Assembly (NCBI GenBank): GCA_022571215.1 | Contig: JACZYG010000010.1 | Location: 4,876 to 68,875 of the forward strand | From: Fidelibacterota bacterium | GTDB taxonomy: Bacteria > Fidelibacterota > SORT01 | Direction of reading: 5' to 3' | Length of the DNA: 64,000 nt | Shown: in pieces, positions 55,974-64,000 of the stretch | How the letters are laid out: every line of letters starts with the position of its first letter | How positions within the stretch are numbered: position 1 is the first letter of the stretch | Made by a program: the position numbers and the translations under genes | Notes under the pieces: model-generated | What the model was told of the DNA's origin: nothing | The model's input: only the letters and a program-made list of their open reading frames with translations | The model's database searches: none

Positions 55974-56091
55974 GGCTATTCTGGCTGATATATTGGCGGG
56001 AGCGAAACTTACTAATGGTTCGCGAATAACATACGATAATAACTAATATTAGATATATATCGCACTGAAGAAAGGAAACACAGAATCTAAA

Positions 56092-57966
56092 ATGACCGAT
56101 AAAACTACCGAGAGATCAGAAACAATCGAACCGGAAGATATTCTTGAAAATATAGAATCCGCAACCATCCGATTCGCCGGTGATTCCGGAGATGGAATGC
56201 AGCTTGCGGGTACGCAATTCACAAATACCACAGCAATATTTGGAAATGATCTTAGCACCCTGCCTGACTATCCTGCGGAAATTCGCGCTCCTGCGGGTTC
56301 GCTGCCCGGAGTTAGCGGCTTTCAAATATGTTTCTCAAGCAAGGACGTCAAGACGCCCGGAGATGAACCTGATGCTATGGTTATCATGAATCCCGCCGCT
56401 CTTAAAGTGAATATCAAGGATTTGCAAACGGGCGGGATTTTGATAGTAAACGAAGATGCGTTCAAAACTCTTAATCTTCAAAAGGCGGGATTTGAGACTT
56501 CGCCGCTTGAAGACGACTCGTTATCCGCTTACCGCTTAATCAAAATACCGATAACGAAACTAACTCTTAACGCGTTGGAAAAGTTTGATCTTACAAATAA
56601 GATAAAGGAACGCTCTAAGAATTTCACTGCGCTCGGTATCATCTTTTGGTTATATGACAGACCTCTTGAACCTACTGTGAATTGGGTTAACGAAAAATTC
56701 GCCAAAGTACCGGAAGTTGCCAAGGCTAACATCACGGCTCTTAAAACCGGCTATAACTTTGCTTCTACAACCAGGATATTCGCAAGTCATTATTCGATAA
56801 AGAAAGCAAAAATGAAAGCAGGTAAATACCGCAATATTACCGGAAATGAGGCTACAGCATTAGGTTTTGTTACGGCAACGACCCTCGCTAAAATTCCGCT
56901 GGTTTATGCCTCTTATCCGATAACGCCTGCGAGCGACATTTTACATGAGCTGGCCAAGCATAAAACGTTCGGCGTTAAAACTATACAGGCTGAGGATGAA
57001 ATCGCCGCAATATGCGCCGCTATAGGGGCGAGTTACGCGGGGAGTTTTGGTATTACAGGAACGAGCGGTCCCGGACTCGCTCTAAAGAGTGAAGCTTCAA
57101 ACCTTGCTCTAATAACTGAACTGCCTCTTGTTATCACAAATGTACAACGGGGTGGTCCAAGTACCGGTTTACCGACAAAAACCGAACAATCTGACCTGCT
57201 GCAAGCAATGTACGGCAGAAACGGGGATTCCCCATTGCCTATATTGGCTGCCGCTACCCCCGCTGATTGTTTCTATATGGCATTTGAAGCCGTTCGTCTT
57301 GCGATTGAAGCAATGTCGCCGGTCATTCTTCTGTCAGATGGATATCTTGGATCGGGAGCCGAACCGTTCGCTATTCCGAATATCAAAGATCTTCCGAAAA
57401 TAAAGATCATGCATCATACTGACCCGAAAACTTTTGAACCCTATAAGAGAGATAAGAAATCATTTTCTCGACCCTGGGCTATTCCCGGCACTTTCGGTCT
57501 CGAGCACCGACTTGGTGGTTTGGAAAAATCAGACGGTTCCGGCGATGTAAGTTATGATCCGGAAAATCATCAGCTGATGACAGATTACCGTCACAAAAAG
57601 GTCGAGAGTCTCGCAAATTTAATTCCTGAATTGGAGGTATATGGAGCAAAATCCGGTAAGCTACTCGTTCTTGGATGGGGAAGCACCTTCGGCGCAATCT
57701 CTACAGCGGTAGAGAAAGAACAAAAAAATGGAACTGATGTTTCAAGCGCCCACTTGAGATACATTAATCCATTTCCGAAAAATCTCGGTAAAGTATTAGG
57801 CTCCTTCGAGAAAATTCTCATCCCGGAGCTTAACATGGGTCAATTGTCAATGATTATAAACGCGAAGTTCAATTTAAAAGTCATTCAGCTTAACAAGGTA
57901 CATGGTAAACCGTTTCTTATTCATGAAATTATCAAAAAGATCCGGCTTACTTTGGAAGGAAAATAG
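56092..57966 (+). CDS. korA: 2-oxoacid:ferredoxin oxidoreductase alpha subunit (fused gamma-alpha, KorA type)
   Basis: N-terminal gamma-like domain (RFAGDSGDGMQLAG). Alpha domain GNEATALG…SYPITPASDI…GTSGPGL. 624 aa. Confidence 0.88.
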   Translation: MTDKTTERSETIEPEDILENIESATIRFAGDSGDGMQLAGTQFTNTTAIFGNDLSTLPDYPAEIRAPAGSLPGVSGFQICFSSKDVKTPGDEPDAMVIMNPAALKVNIKDLQTGGILIVNEDAFKTLNLQKAGFETSPLEDDSLSAYRLIKIPITKLTLNALEKFDLTNKIKERSKNFTALGIIFWLYDRPLEPTVNWVNEKFAKVPEVAKANITALKTGYNFASTTRIFASHYSIKKAKMKAGKYRNITGNEATALGFVTATTLAKIPLVYASYPITPASDILHELAKHKTFGVKTIQAEDEIAAICAAIGASYAGSFGITGTSGPGLALKSEASNLALITELPLVITNVQRGGPSTGLPTKTEQSDLLQAMYGRNGDSPLPILAAATPADCFYMAFEAVRLAIEAMSPVILLSDGYLGSGAEPFAIPNIKDLPKIKIMHHTDPKTFEPYKRDKKSFSRPWAIPGTFGLEHRLGGLEKSDGSGDVSYDPENHQLMTDYRHKKVESLANLIPELEVYGAKSGKLLVLGWGSTFGAISTAVEKEQKNGTDVSSAHLRYINPFPKNLGKVLGSFEKILIPELNMGQLSMIINAKFNLKVIQLNKVHGKPFLIHEIIKKIRLTLEGK

Positions 57967-57969
57967 ATC

Positions 57970-59007
57970 ATGGCGAATAAAAATAACGGCAACGGCGCAA
58001 CTAAGGTAAAACTCACTAAAGCCGATTTTACTTCTGATAATGAAGTCCGGTGGTGTCCCGGCTGCGGTGATTATTCAATACTCTCACAAGTTCAAAAATT
58101 ACTCCCGACGCTTGGAGTTCCAAAGGAAAATTTCGTTTTCATATCCGGAATAGGCTGTTCAAGTCGCTTCCCATATTATATGGATACTTACGGATTTCAC
58201 TCTATCCACGGTAGAGCGCTCCCAATCGCAACAGGAGTAAAAGTTTCCAACCCGGAGCTTTCTGTTTGGGTTATCACGGGCGATGGAGATGCTCTTTCCA
58301 TCGGAGGCAATCATTTTATTCATGCGCTTAGACGTAATCTTGACATTAATATCCTACTCTTCAATAACAGAATTTACGGGCTTACGAAAGGACAGTACTC
58401 CCCTACTTCTGAATTCGGTAAAGTTACAAAATCCAGCCCTTATGGCTCCGTCGAACAGCCTATACGTCCGGTAAACCTCGCTCTCGCAGCTGAGGCTACG
58501 TTTGTAGCGCGTTCCGTAGACAGATGGCCTCATCATCTTTCCGAGATGATCAGAAAAGCTTATGAACATAAGGGTACATCTTTAGTAGAAATTTATCAAA
58601 ATTGTAATATCTTCAATGACGGAGTATTCTCGGATTACACCGAAAAAGATGTAAAGGACGATAACACAATCGTATTGGAAGATGGTAAACCGCTTATTTT
58701 CGGCAAAGAGCGGGATAAAGGCATTATTTTAGACGGGGTCACGCCTAAGGTCGTAGAACTCAATGACGGGTATTCGGTGAGCGATCTACTTGTACATCAT
58801 GAAAAAGAAGAATCGCCTGTGATGTCTCATATTCTGGCTAATATCGAATTCTACGGAGGACCCGTGCCTGTTGGAATTTTCCGCTCAATAGATAAACCGA
58901 GATACGAGGAGATGTTGATTGACCAGATGAACGATACTATTGAGAAAAATGGTAAAGGTGACATTCAAGATCTCCTTAATAGCGGTCATACCTGGAATGT
59001 AAATTGA
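57970..59007 (+). CDS. korB: 2-oxoacid:ferredoxin oxidoreductase beta subunit (TPP-binding, KorB type)
   Basis: WCPGCGDYSIL, GIGCSSR, TGDGDALSIGGNH, and NNRIYGLTKGQ motifs. Confidence 0.9.
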   Translation: MANKNNGNGATKVKLTKADFTSDNEVRWCPGCGDYSILSQVQKLLPTLGVPKENFVFISGIGCSSRFPYYMDTYGFHSIHGRALPIATGVKVSNPELSVWVITGDGDALSIGGNHFIHALRRNLDINILLFNNRIYGLTKGQYSPTSEFGKVTKSSPYGSVEQPIRPVNLALAAEATFVARSVDRWPHHLSEMIRKAYEHKGTSLVEIYQNCNIFNDGVFSDYTEKDVKDDNTIVLEDGKPLIFGKERDKGIILDGVTPKVVELNDGYSVSDLLVHHEKEESPVMSHILANIEFYGGPVPVGIFRSIDKPRYEEMLIDQMNDTIEKNGKGDIQDLLNSGHTWNVN

Positions 59008-59058
59008 ATCTCAGTCCCATCCTGCTTTGATTTTCCAGTATGTCTGAACTTATATCGA

Positions 59059-59865
59059 TTGTCTCCAGCAATTCAATTAGATGATGTAGAGCTCTATTAT
59101 CGTGAAGTAGGGGACGGAACGCCGCTGATACTCCTTCATGGATTGACTCTTTCAGGCTTGATGTGGACTCCACAAATCAGAGAACTTTCAAGAAATTATA
59201 GAGTTATAATACCTGACCTGCGCGGACACGGAAAATCATCGGTACCCGATCATGGTTATTCATTTCATAACTATGTGATGGATATCAAAAACTTATTTGA
59301 CCATTTAAATCTTCAGAAAACCCATGTTGTAGGATTGTCGTTAGGCGGCGCTATCGCCACAGAATTCTGCGTTGCGTTTCCGGATTCAACGCTCTCCGCG
59401 ATAATTATAAGCTCGATGCCGCCACATTTTGAGCCTAATGACAAATGGATTCAAACCCTCTCGAAGTTCAGGAAAGTTCGAGATGAGTTCGGACTAAATT
59501 ACGCTGTCGAAAATGTCTTGCTAAAAGAGCCGATATTCGGTAAAATAAATATAGGAATTAATGACTGGATGAACCTCAAAAACGCAATAAAACAGTTCTC
59601 AGGCAACCCAATTAACGCTGATTTTTCGGAACAGGAAGACTCTGCCGGGATCTTTCAGTCCCTGCCCGCTCCGGAACTGCCCTTCCTGATAATGACCGGA
59701 GAAAATGATTATAAGACTTTTATCGAAGCGTCCGATTCCCTATCGGAAGCATTGCCAAATTCGGAGAGAGTCATTATAAAGAACGCGGGACATTTATGCA
59801 CAATGGAAAAACCTGAAGAAGTAAATTCGGCAATACTGAAATTTTTGGAAACTGCTCGGACCTGA
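59059..59865 (+). CDS. Alpha/beta-fold hydrolase
   Basis: HGLTLSG oxyanion region, nucleophile elbow GLSLGG, and C-terminal NAGH. TTG start. Confidence 0.8.
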   Translation: MSPAIQLDDVELYYREVGDGTPLILLHGLTLSGLMWTPQIRELSRNYRVIIPDLRGHGKSSVPDHGYSFHNYVMDIKNLFDHLNLQKTHVVGLSLGGAIATEFCVAFPDSTLSAIIISSMPPHFEPNDKWIQTLSKFRKVRDEFGLNYAVENVLLKEPIFGKINIGINDWMNLKNAIKQFSGNPINADFSEQEDSAGIFQSLPAPELPFLIMTGENDYKTFIEASDSLSEALPNSERVIIKNAGHLCTMEKPEEVNSAILKFLETART

Positions 59866-59883
59866 TAAGGAAATTTTATATTT

Positions 59884-60123
59884 ATGATAGAGCTTTACGC
59901 AACAGACTATTGCCCGTTTTGTATAATAGTCGAAAAAACTTTAGAAGAGCTTAAGCTCGATTACAATGTCGTATCGGTTCCCTCACCCCACCATCTGAGA
60001 GCAGAGGTGCATGAGCTGTCTGGGCAGTCCCTTGTTCCCGTCATTGTTGACGGCGAGGATGTGATAAATGACTCTCGAAGGATTATACAATATTTGAAAA
60101 GTAAATACTCGCTTGATAACTAA
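59884..60123 (+). CDS. Glutaredoxin-family small redox protein
   Basis: CPFC active site at residues 10-13, and the VPVI (cis-Pro) region. 79 aa. Confidence 0.8.
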   Translation: MIELYATDYCPFCIIVEKTLEELKLDYNVVSVPSPHHLRAEVHELSGQSLVPVIVDGEDVINDSRRIIQYLKSKYSLDN

Positions 60124-60160
60124 GGATTTTATTACTTTTGCCCGTTAACCGGATTGATAA

Positions 60161-61468
60161 ATGCAGATAAAATTTTCTACCGTTATATTAAGAAAATTAT
60201 TAGTTTCTTCGGCTTTGTTAATTTCGATCCTATCACACGAGAATTTCGTAACTGCGCAGGATGGTAATATGGATAACTTTATCGACTCTAAATCTTCTAA
60301 GATAGCGAAAGATGTAAAGAAATGGCGACGTCATCTCCATGAAAATCCGGAGCTGTCGAGTGAAGAATTCAAAACAGCAAAATACGTCGAATCACTATTA
60401 AAAAAATTCGGCTTGAAACCTCAAAATGGCGTGGCAAAAACCGGTGTAGTAGCTGTTCTTCAAGGCGGGCTTCCGGGTCCGACGGTTGCCATCAGAGCCG
60501 ATATGGACGCACTGCCGATTCTTGAAGAAACGGGATTAAAATTCAGTTCCAAAAATAAAGGAGTCATGCACGCATGCGGTCATGATTTCCATACTTCAAT
60601 CTTGCTTGGCGTGGCAAAACTTCTAAGTGAACGTAAGAAGGATATCCCCGGTACGATTAAATTCATTTTTCAACCGGCGGAAGAAGCGCCATCCGGGCAA
60701 TTGGTCGGCGCACGGTTGATGGTGGATGAAGGAGTATTAAAAAATCCCGACATCGAAGCCATATTCGGTCTGCATGTCGAGCCCGAGCTTGATGTAGGCG
60801 ATCTCGGATACGCTTCAGGTCCGTTTATGGCTTCAAGCGACTTGTTTACGATAACGATCAAAGGGAAACGCTCACATGGCGCCTATCCCTGGAAAGGTAT
60901 AGATGCCATACTTGTTGCAGCGGAAGTCGTAACTTCCCTCCAAACGATTGTCAGTAGACGCATAGATGCCCGAAAGCCGGTGGTTATCACCATCGGAAAA
61001 ATAAACGGCGGTGAAAATTTTAATATTATCGCGGATGAGGTCGTATTGGAAGGAACCGTCCGAACGCTCGATCCGGACGCTCACGCAAAAGTACCCGAAC
61101 TGATGAAAGAGATCATAGATGGTATCACCTCCGCTCATGGCGCGAAATATGAGTTTTCTTATACACGCGGCGCTCCTGTAACTGTGAATGACCCTGAATT
61201 GACCGCTAACAGCGTTTCGTCATTAGAAAACACATCGGGAATTGACTCTGTGCATATTACTACACCAACTATGGGGGCGGAAGATTTCGCATGGTTCGCG
61301 AATGAAGTCCCCGGCTTTTACTTCGATCTCGGTGTACGAAACGAAAAAGAAGGGAAGATCTATGGAGTCCATACCGCTCTATTTAACCCGGACGAAAGAG
61401 CGCTCGAAATCGGTGTAAGGGTAATGTCGAATGTAGTCATCGATTATCTGCGAAATAACAGCAAATAA
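60161..61468 (+). CDS. M20D-family amidohydrolase (N-acyl-amino-acid/hippurate hydrolase-like), secreted
   Basis: Signal peptide. HENPELS, RADMDALP, ACGHD, and QPAEE motifs. Confidence 0.85.
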   Translation: MQIKFSTVILRKLLVSSALLISILSHENFVTAQDGNMDNFIDSKSSKIAKDVKKWRRHLHENPELSSEEFKTAKYVESLLKKFGLKPQNGVAKTGVVAVLQGGLPGPTVAIRADMDALPILEETGLKFSSKNKGVMHACGHDFHTSILLGVAKLLSERKKDIPGTIKFIFQPAEEAPSGQLVGARLMVDEGVLKNPDIEAIFGLHVEPELDVGDLGYASGPFMASSDLFTITIKGKRSHGAYPWKGIDAILVAAEVVTSLQTIVSRRIDARKPVVITIGKINGGENFNIIADEVVLEGTVRTLDPDAHAKVPELMKEIIDGITSAHGAKYEFSYTRGAPVTVNDPELTANSVSSLENTSGIDSVHITTPTMGAEDFAWFANEVPGFYFDLGVRNEKEGKIYGVHTALFNPDERALEIGVRVMSNVVIDYLRNNSK

Positions 61469-61480
61469 GAAAGTAAACAA

Positions 61481-63016
61481 GTGAAATTCTATTCTCCGGA
61501 ACCTGAGGTAAAGATTACCCGATGGTTCAAAGAACCTTACAAAAGTATAATAACGGCTGCGCGAACCTGTTATTCGGGTTCGGGCATAATAGAAGACGAC
61601 AAGATAAAACACAACTATGAAGGGCTTGTCTCCGATCTCTTTCAAGCCGGTCATCACACTACTTTCCAGCACGCTCAGTTTCAATTTTCGATAGCAAATG
61701 TCTCCCGTCACGTGGTTTGGTCTTTCCTGCACAGCCACCCGTTTTATAATTCCGAACAGGTCAGCCAGCGATATGTTACCGTAAAGAAAGGTAATTATTC
61801 CATTCCGCCCTTTAGTTCGAGGGGTCGTTCTATATATGAGAGTACCGTGTTAATGCAGATGAGCGCTTATGAAAAACTTCGAGAGTTATTGCTCACGCCC
61901 ACCTCTGAAGAGTACTTCGTACGGTTTCCGGGACGGAAAAAAGTCAAAGAAAAGTATAAAAAAGAAATAGATAAGAAGGCTCAGGAGATTGCAAGATATG
62001 TCCTTCCGGTTTCAACGTTTACTTATTTATATCATACCATCAGCGCCCTCACACTGCTGCGTTATCTGCGAATTTGCAAACTTCATGACGCCCCATTTGA
62101 ACAAACACTATTAGCGCAAAAGATGGCTGATGAAGTTTTGAAGATCGATCCTGATTATAAACTAATTTTGGAAGCGCCTATTGAAACTGATGAGTTACCG
62201 GAGTATCAAATTTTAAACAACGGTTCCGAACGGAATCCCGCCCTTTTTCGCAAAGAGTTTGATGATGAATTAAACGGCAAAACCTCTCTCCTGATTGACT
62301 ATAAAATTCGAAATCAGGAATCTATCGCGGATGCCGTAAGGGAAGTATTAGGTATATTGAAAAAGGATATGGATGATGACAGAGCGATAGCACTTTCTAT
62401 AGACCCTGCCCGTAATTCCATGTTTGGGGAAAAACTCAATCTGTCCACTCATGATAAACTTACCCGCGCTCTTCATCACGCAAGCTATACATTCAAGAAA
62501 AAAATCAGTCATACCGCCGATTCGCAGGACCAACGCCATCGAATGACTCCCGCGTCCCGTCCAATTCTTTACGCTCATTTAGATGATGAACCGGATTACA
62601 TTATTCCTGTTCTAATACGGAAAAACGATGCCGCACTACAACTCTATAAGGAGACTATGGAAAAAAGTTGGGATTCTATGGCGAAATTGAGAAAATTAGG
62701 CGAATCGACCGAATTCATCGGTTATCTATTGCCTAACGCCGTGCCGATCAGATTTACCGAATCTTCGGATCTGCTGAATCTTCATCACAAACATTCGATG
62801 AGATTATGCTATCTCGCTCAAGAAGAAATATGGAAGGCATCGCTTGAGGAGGCTCTGCAAATTTCGGAAATAAATCCGATAGTCGGCAAGTATCTTCTCC
62901 CGCCTTGCACGTTAAGGAAATTCGCGGATACAAAACCTTTCTGCCCTGAGGGTAAAAGATACTGCGGAGAACCTGTATGGAACTATTCAAGAAAAGAATA
63001 CGCGAGAACGATTTAA
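61481..63016 (+). CDS. thyX: Double-length ThyX-like FAD-dependent thymidylate synthase (two fused ThyX-type halves)
   Basis: N-half: AARTCYS…GHHTTFQHAQF…SRH…HSHPFYNSEQVSQRY. C-half: SQDQRHRMTPAS. 511 aa against roughly 220-250 aa for canonical ThyX. GTG start. Confidence 0.65.
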   Translation: MKFYSPEPEVKITRWFKEPYKSIITAARTCYSGSGIIEDDKIKHNYEGLVSDLFQAGHHTTFQHAQFQFSIANVSRHVVWSFLHSHPFYNSEQVSQRYVTVKKGNYSIPPFSSRGRSIYESTVLMQMSAYEKLRELLLTPTSEEYFVRFPGRKKVKEKYKKEIDKKAQEIARYVLPVSTFTYLYHTISALTLLRYLRICKLHDAPFEQTLLAQKMADEVLKIDPDYKLILEAPIETDELPEYQILNNGSERNPALFRKEFDDELNGKTSLLIDYKIRNQESIADAVREVLGILKKDMDDDRAIALSIDPARNSMFGEKLNLSTHDKLTRALHHASYTFKKKISHTADSQDQRHRMTPASRPILYAHLDDEPDYIIPVLIRKNDAALQLYKETMEKSWDSMAKLRKLGESTEFIGYLLPNAVPIRFTESSDLLNLHHKHSMRLCYLAQEEIWKASLEEALQISEINPIVGKYLLPPCTLRKFADTKPFCPEGKRYCGEPVWNYSRKEYARTI

Positions 63017-63080
63017 TTTAAAATTTGCTTATCATGCCGCACAATTCTATTTTTACTTATCATTCTGAACGGAGGAGTTA

Positions 63081-63374
63081 ATGCCAACAGCAAAAGTACT
63101 TGAAGTGATAGATGGAAAATCTTTGATGATCTCGCCGAGATGGGATCACAACAATAAATCCGGATTTATACTGATCCTTGACGGAGTATCAACTCCGGCA
63201 AGAGACGAGAAAGGCGGATTGGAAGCTAAAGAAGCGCATACAAAGATTTGTCAGGGTAAGAACATCTCTTTTACCGGTGATAAAATCGACCTTCATAGGA
63301 GACTTGTCGCCGAGATAGAGATTAATAAAGTTTCCGTCAATGAAACCATGAGAGAGCTGGGATATAGAACATAA
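63081..63374 (+). CDS. Small SNase/thermonuclease-like OB-fold protein, probably non-catalytic
   Basis: VIDGKSL…ILDGVSTPA…GLEAKE…GKNI…DLHRRLVAEIEINKVSVNETMRELGY is collinear with thermonuclease (VIDGDT…RLxGIDxPE…GxEA…D.YGR.LA…). The Ca-binding and catalytic Asp/Glu are replaced by Ser/Ala. Confidence 0.45.
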   Translation: MPTAKVLEVIDGKSLMISPRWDHNNKSGFILILDGVSTPARDEKGGLEAKEAHTKICQGKNISFTGDKIDLHRRLVAEIEINKVSVNETMRELGYRT

Positions 63375-63617
63375 GAGCCGGAACGACTCCCGATCCGACA
63401 CTTAACATGGGTCATTTTTATTAATTTTACGACTCTATCCTTTTGCAAATACAGTCATTTTCGAATAATTAAATAAATCAAGCCTGCCGTTATATCAGAA
63501 GAAAGAATTCATTGTATGCCATATAGACAGTTATTACCATAGTGTCATGTCTTATTGTCATATTATAGGTATTTTCGATTTCCTATATATCTTATATTAT
63601 CAGATACTTATCCTACT

Positions 63618-63633
63618 TGGCACGCAGAGTGCA
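63618..63633 (+). promoter_or_regulatory. Sigma-54 promoter (TGGCAC-N5-GTGCA) for hsp20
   Basis: cttggcacgcagagtgcat with canonical 12-nt GG-to-GC spacing. About 65 nt upstream of the hsp20 ATG. Confidence 0.7.
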
Positions 63634-63697
63634 TATAATTAAAATGAAAACGGAAATTTAACTAAACGAACGAAAACGAATGAAAAAGGAGAATAAA

Positions 63698-64000
63698 ATG
63701 AATTTAATCAAATATAGACCGAACTTGTTATTTAACACAATTTTCGATGATAGCTTCGGCTCATTCCCGAGCCGGGCGTATTTCGGCTTTGAGCCGAAAG
63801 TCGACGTAGCGGAAAGTGAGAAGGATTATACAATATCTTTTGAATTGCCGGGCGTCAAGAAAGATACCGTTAAGATATCACTCGAAGGCGGACTACTCAC
63901 CGTTGAAGGTGAGAAGAAATATTTTGAAGAGGATAAATCTTCAAATGGTTGGAGGCAGGAACGCAGATACGGAACCTTCAAGAGGTCTTTCCGTCTCGGT
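63698..64000 (+). CDS. Hsp20/alpha-crystallin small heat-shock protein (3' end beyond window)
   Basis: ORF read by hand: MNLIKYRPNLLF…PKVDVAESEKDYTISFELPGVKKDTVKISLEGGLLTVEGEKK…ERRYGTFKRSFRL, the classic ACD pattern. AAGGAG RBS. Confidence 0.88.
   Translation, partial: MNLIKYRPNLLFNTIFDDSFGSFPSRAYFGFEPKVDVAESEKDYTISFELPGVKKDTVKISLEGGLLTVEGEKKYFEEDKSSNGWRQERRYGTFKRSFRLG

Noticed and set aside
55982-55997. Sigma-54-like sequence tggctgatatattggc upstream of korA.
   Set aside because: The GC dinucleotide is one nucleotide too far from the GG (spacing 13, not 12). Sigma-54 promoters tolerate almost no spacing change.
63634-63697. RNA thermometer (ROSE or fourU type) in the hsp20 leader.
   Set aside because: The leader is almost entirely purines. 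It has no U- or C-rich segment able to pair with the AAGGAG RBS, so no SD-masking hairpin can form.
1-64000. Scan for CRISPR arrays, tRNA/rRNA genes, prophage or conjugative modules, and known multi-gene defence systems.
   Set aside because: I saw no regularly spaced direct repeats, no cloverleaf-like or rRNA-like segments in the intergenic regions, and no phage structural, integrase, restriction-modification or cas-like ORFs. hicAB is the only defence- or addiction-type module.

Overview
Bacterial chromosomal window using the standard genetic code (TGA is a stop). I recognised no rRNA, tRNA, CRISPR array, transposase or integrase. About 55 protein-coding genes sit in tightly packed operons, several with ATGA or TAGATG start/stop junctions.

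Content in order:
1. arsC, an orphan receiver, an EamA transporter and a solitary CusA/CzcA-type RND pump. Then an SRPBCC protein and a cold-shock protein.
2. A complete reductive pyrimidine-catabolism cluster built as two convergent operons. One is preT-preA-dihydropyrimidinase-NCS2 permease. It faces mmsA-beta-ureidopropionase-[hicA-hicB]-aminotransferase-membrane protein-DoxX.
3. Unusually dense signalling. There are four PAS histidine kinases (two are giant multi-PAS hybrid paralogues), an Hpt-REC-kinase operon directly downstream of an NtrC-type sigma-54 activator, and three good sigma-54 promoters.
4. A TfoX_N plus YdeP-type molybdoenzyme pair, with mobA convergent to it.
5. A beta-barrel + dodecahaem + monohaem-lipoprotein operon behind a perfect consensus sigma-70 promoter.
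6. An OPT transporter, a LonC-like protease, korAB, housekeeping enzymes, a double-length ThyX and a sigma-54-driven hsp20 that is cut off at the window end.

Most notable observation: a promoterless hicAB toxin-antitoxin cassette sits exactly in what was an overlapping stop/start junction of the pyrimidine operon. It is bracketed by a perfect 45-bp direct repeat that regenerates both the 3' end of the upstream gene and the RBS and start of the downstream gene.

Other leads:
- a split His-Asp-His-Asp relay feeding a sigma-54 activator;
- a candidate porin-cytochrome electron conduit;
- a pseudo-dimeric ThyX with complementary motif decay;
- a dispersed family of GC-rich hairpin repeats in the intergenic regions.

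All functional calls rest on motif and family recognition by eye. No database search was run.
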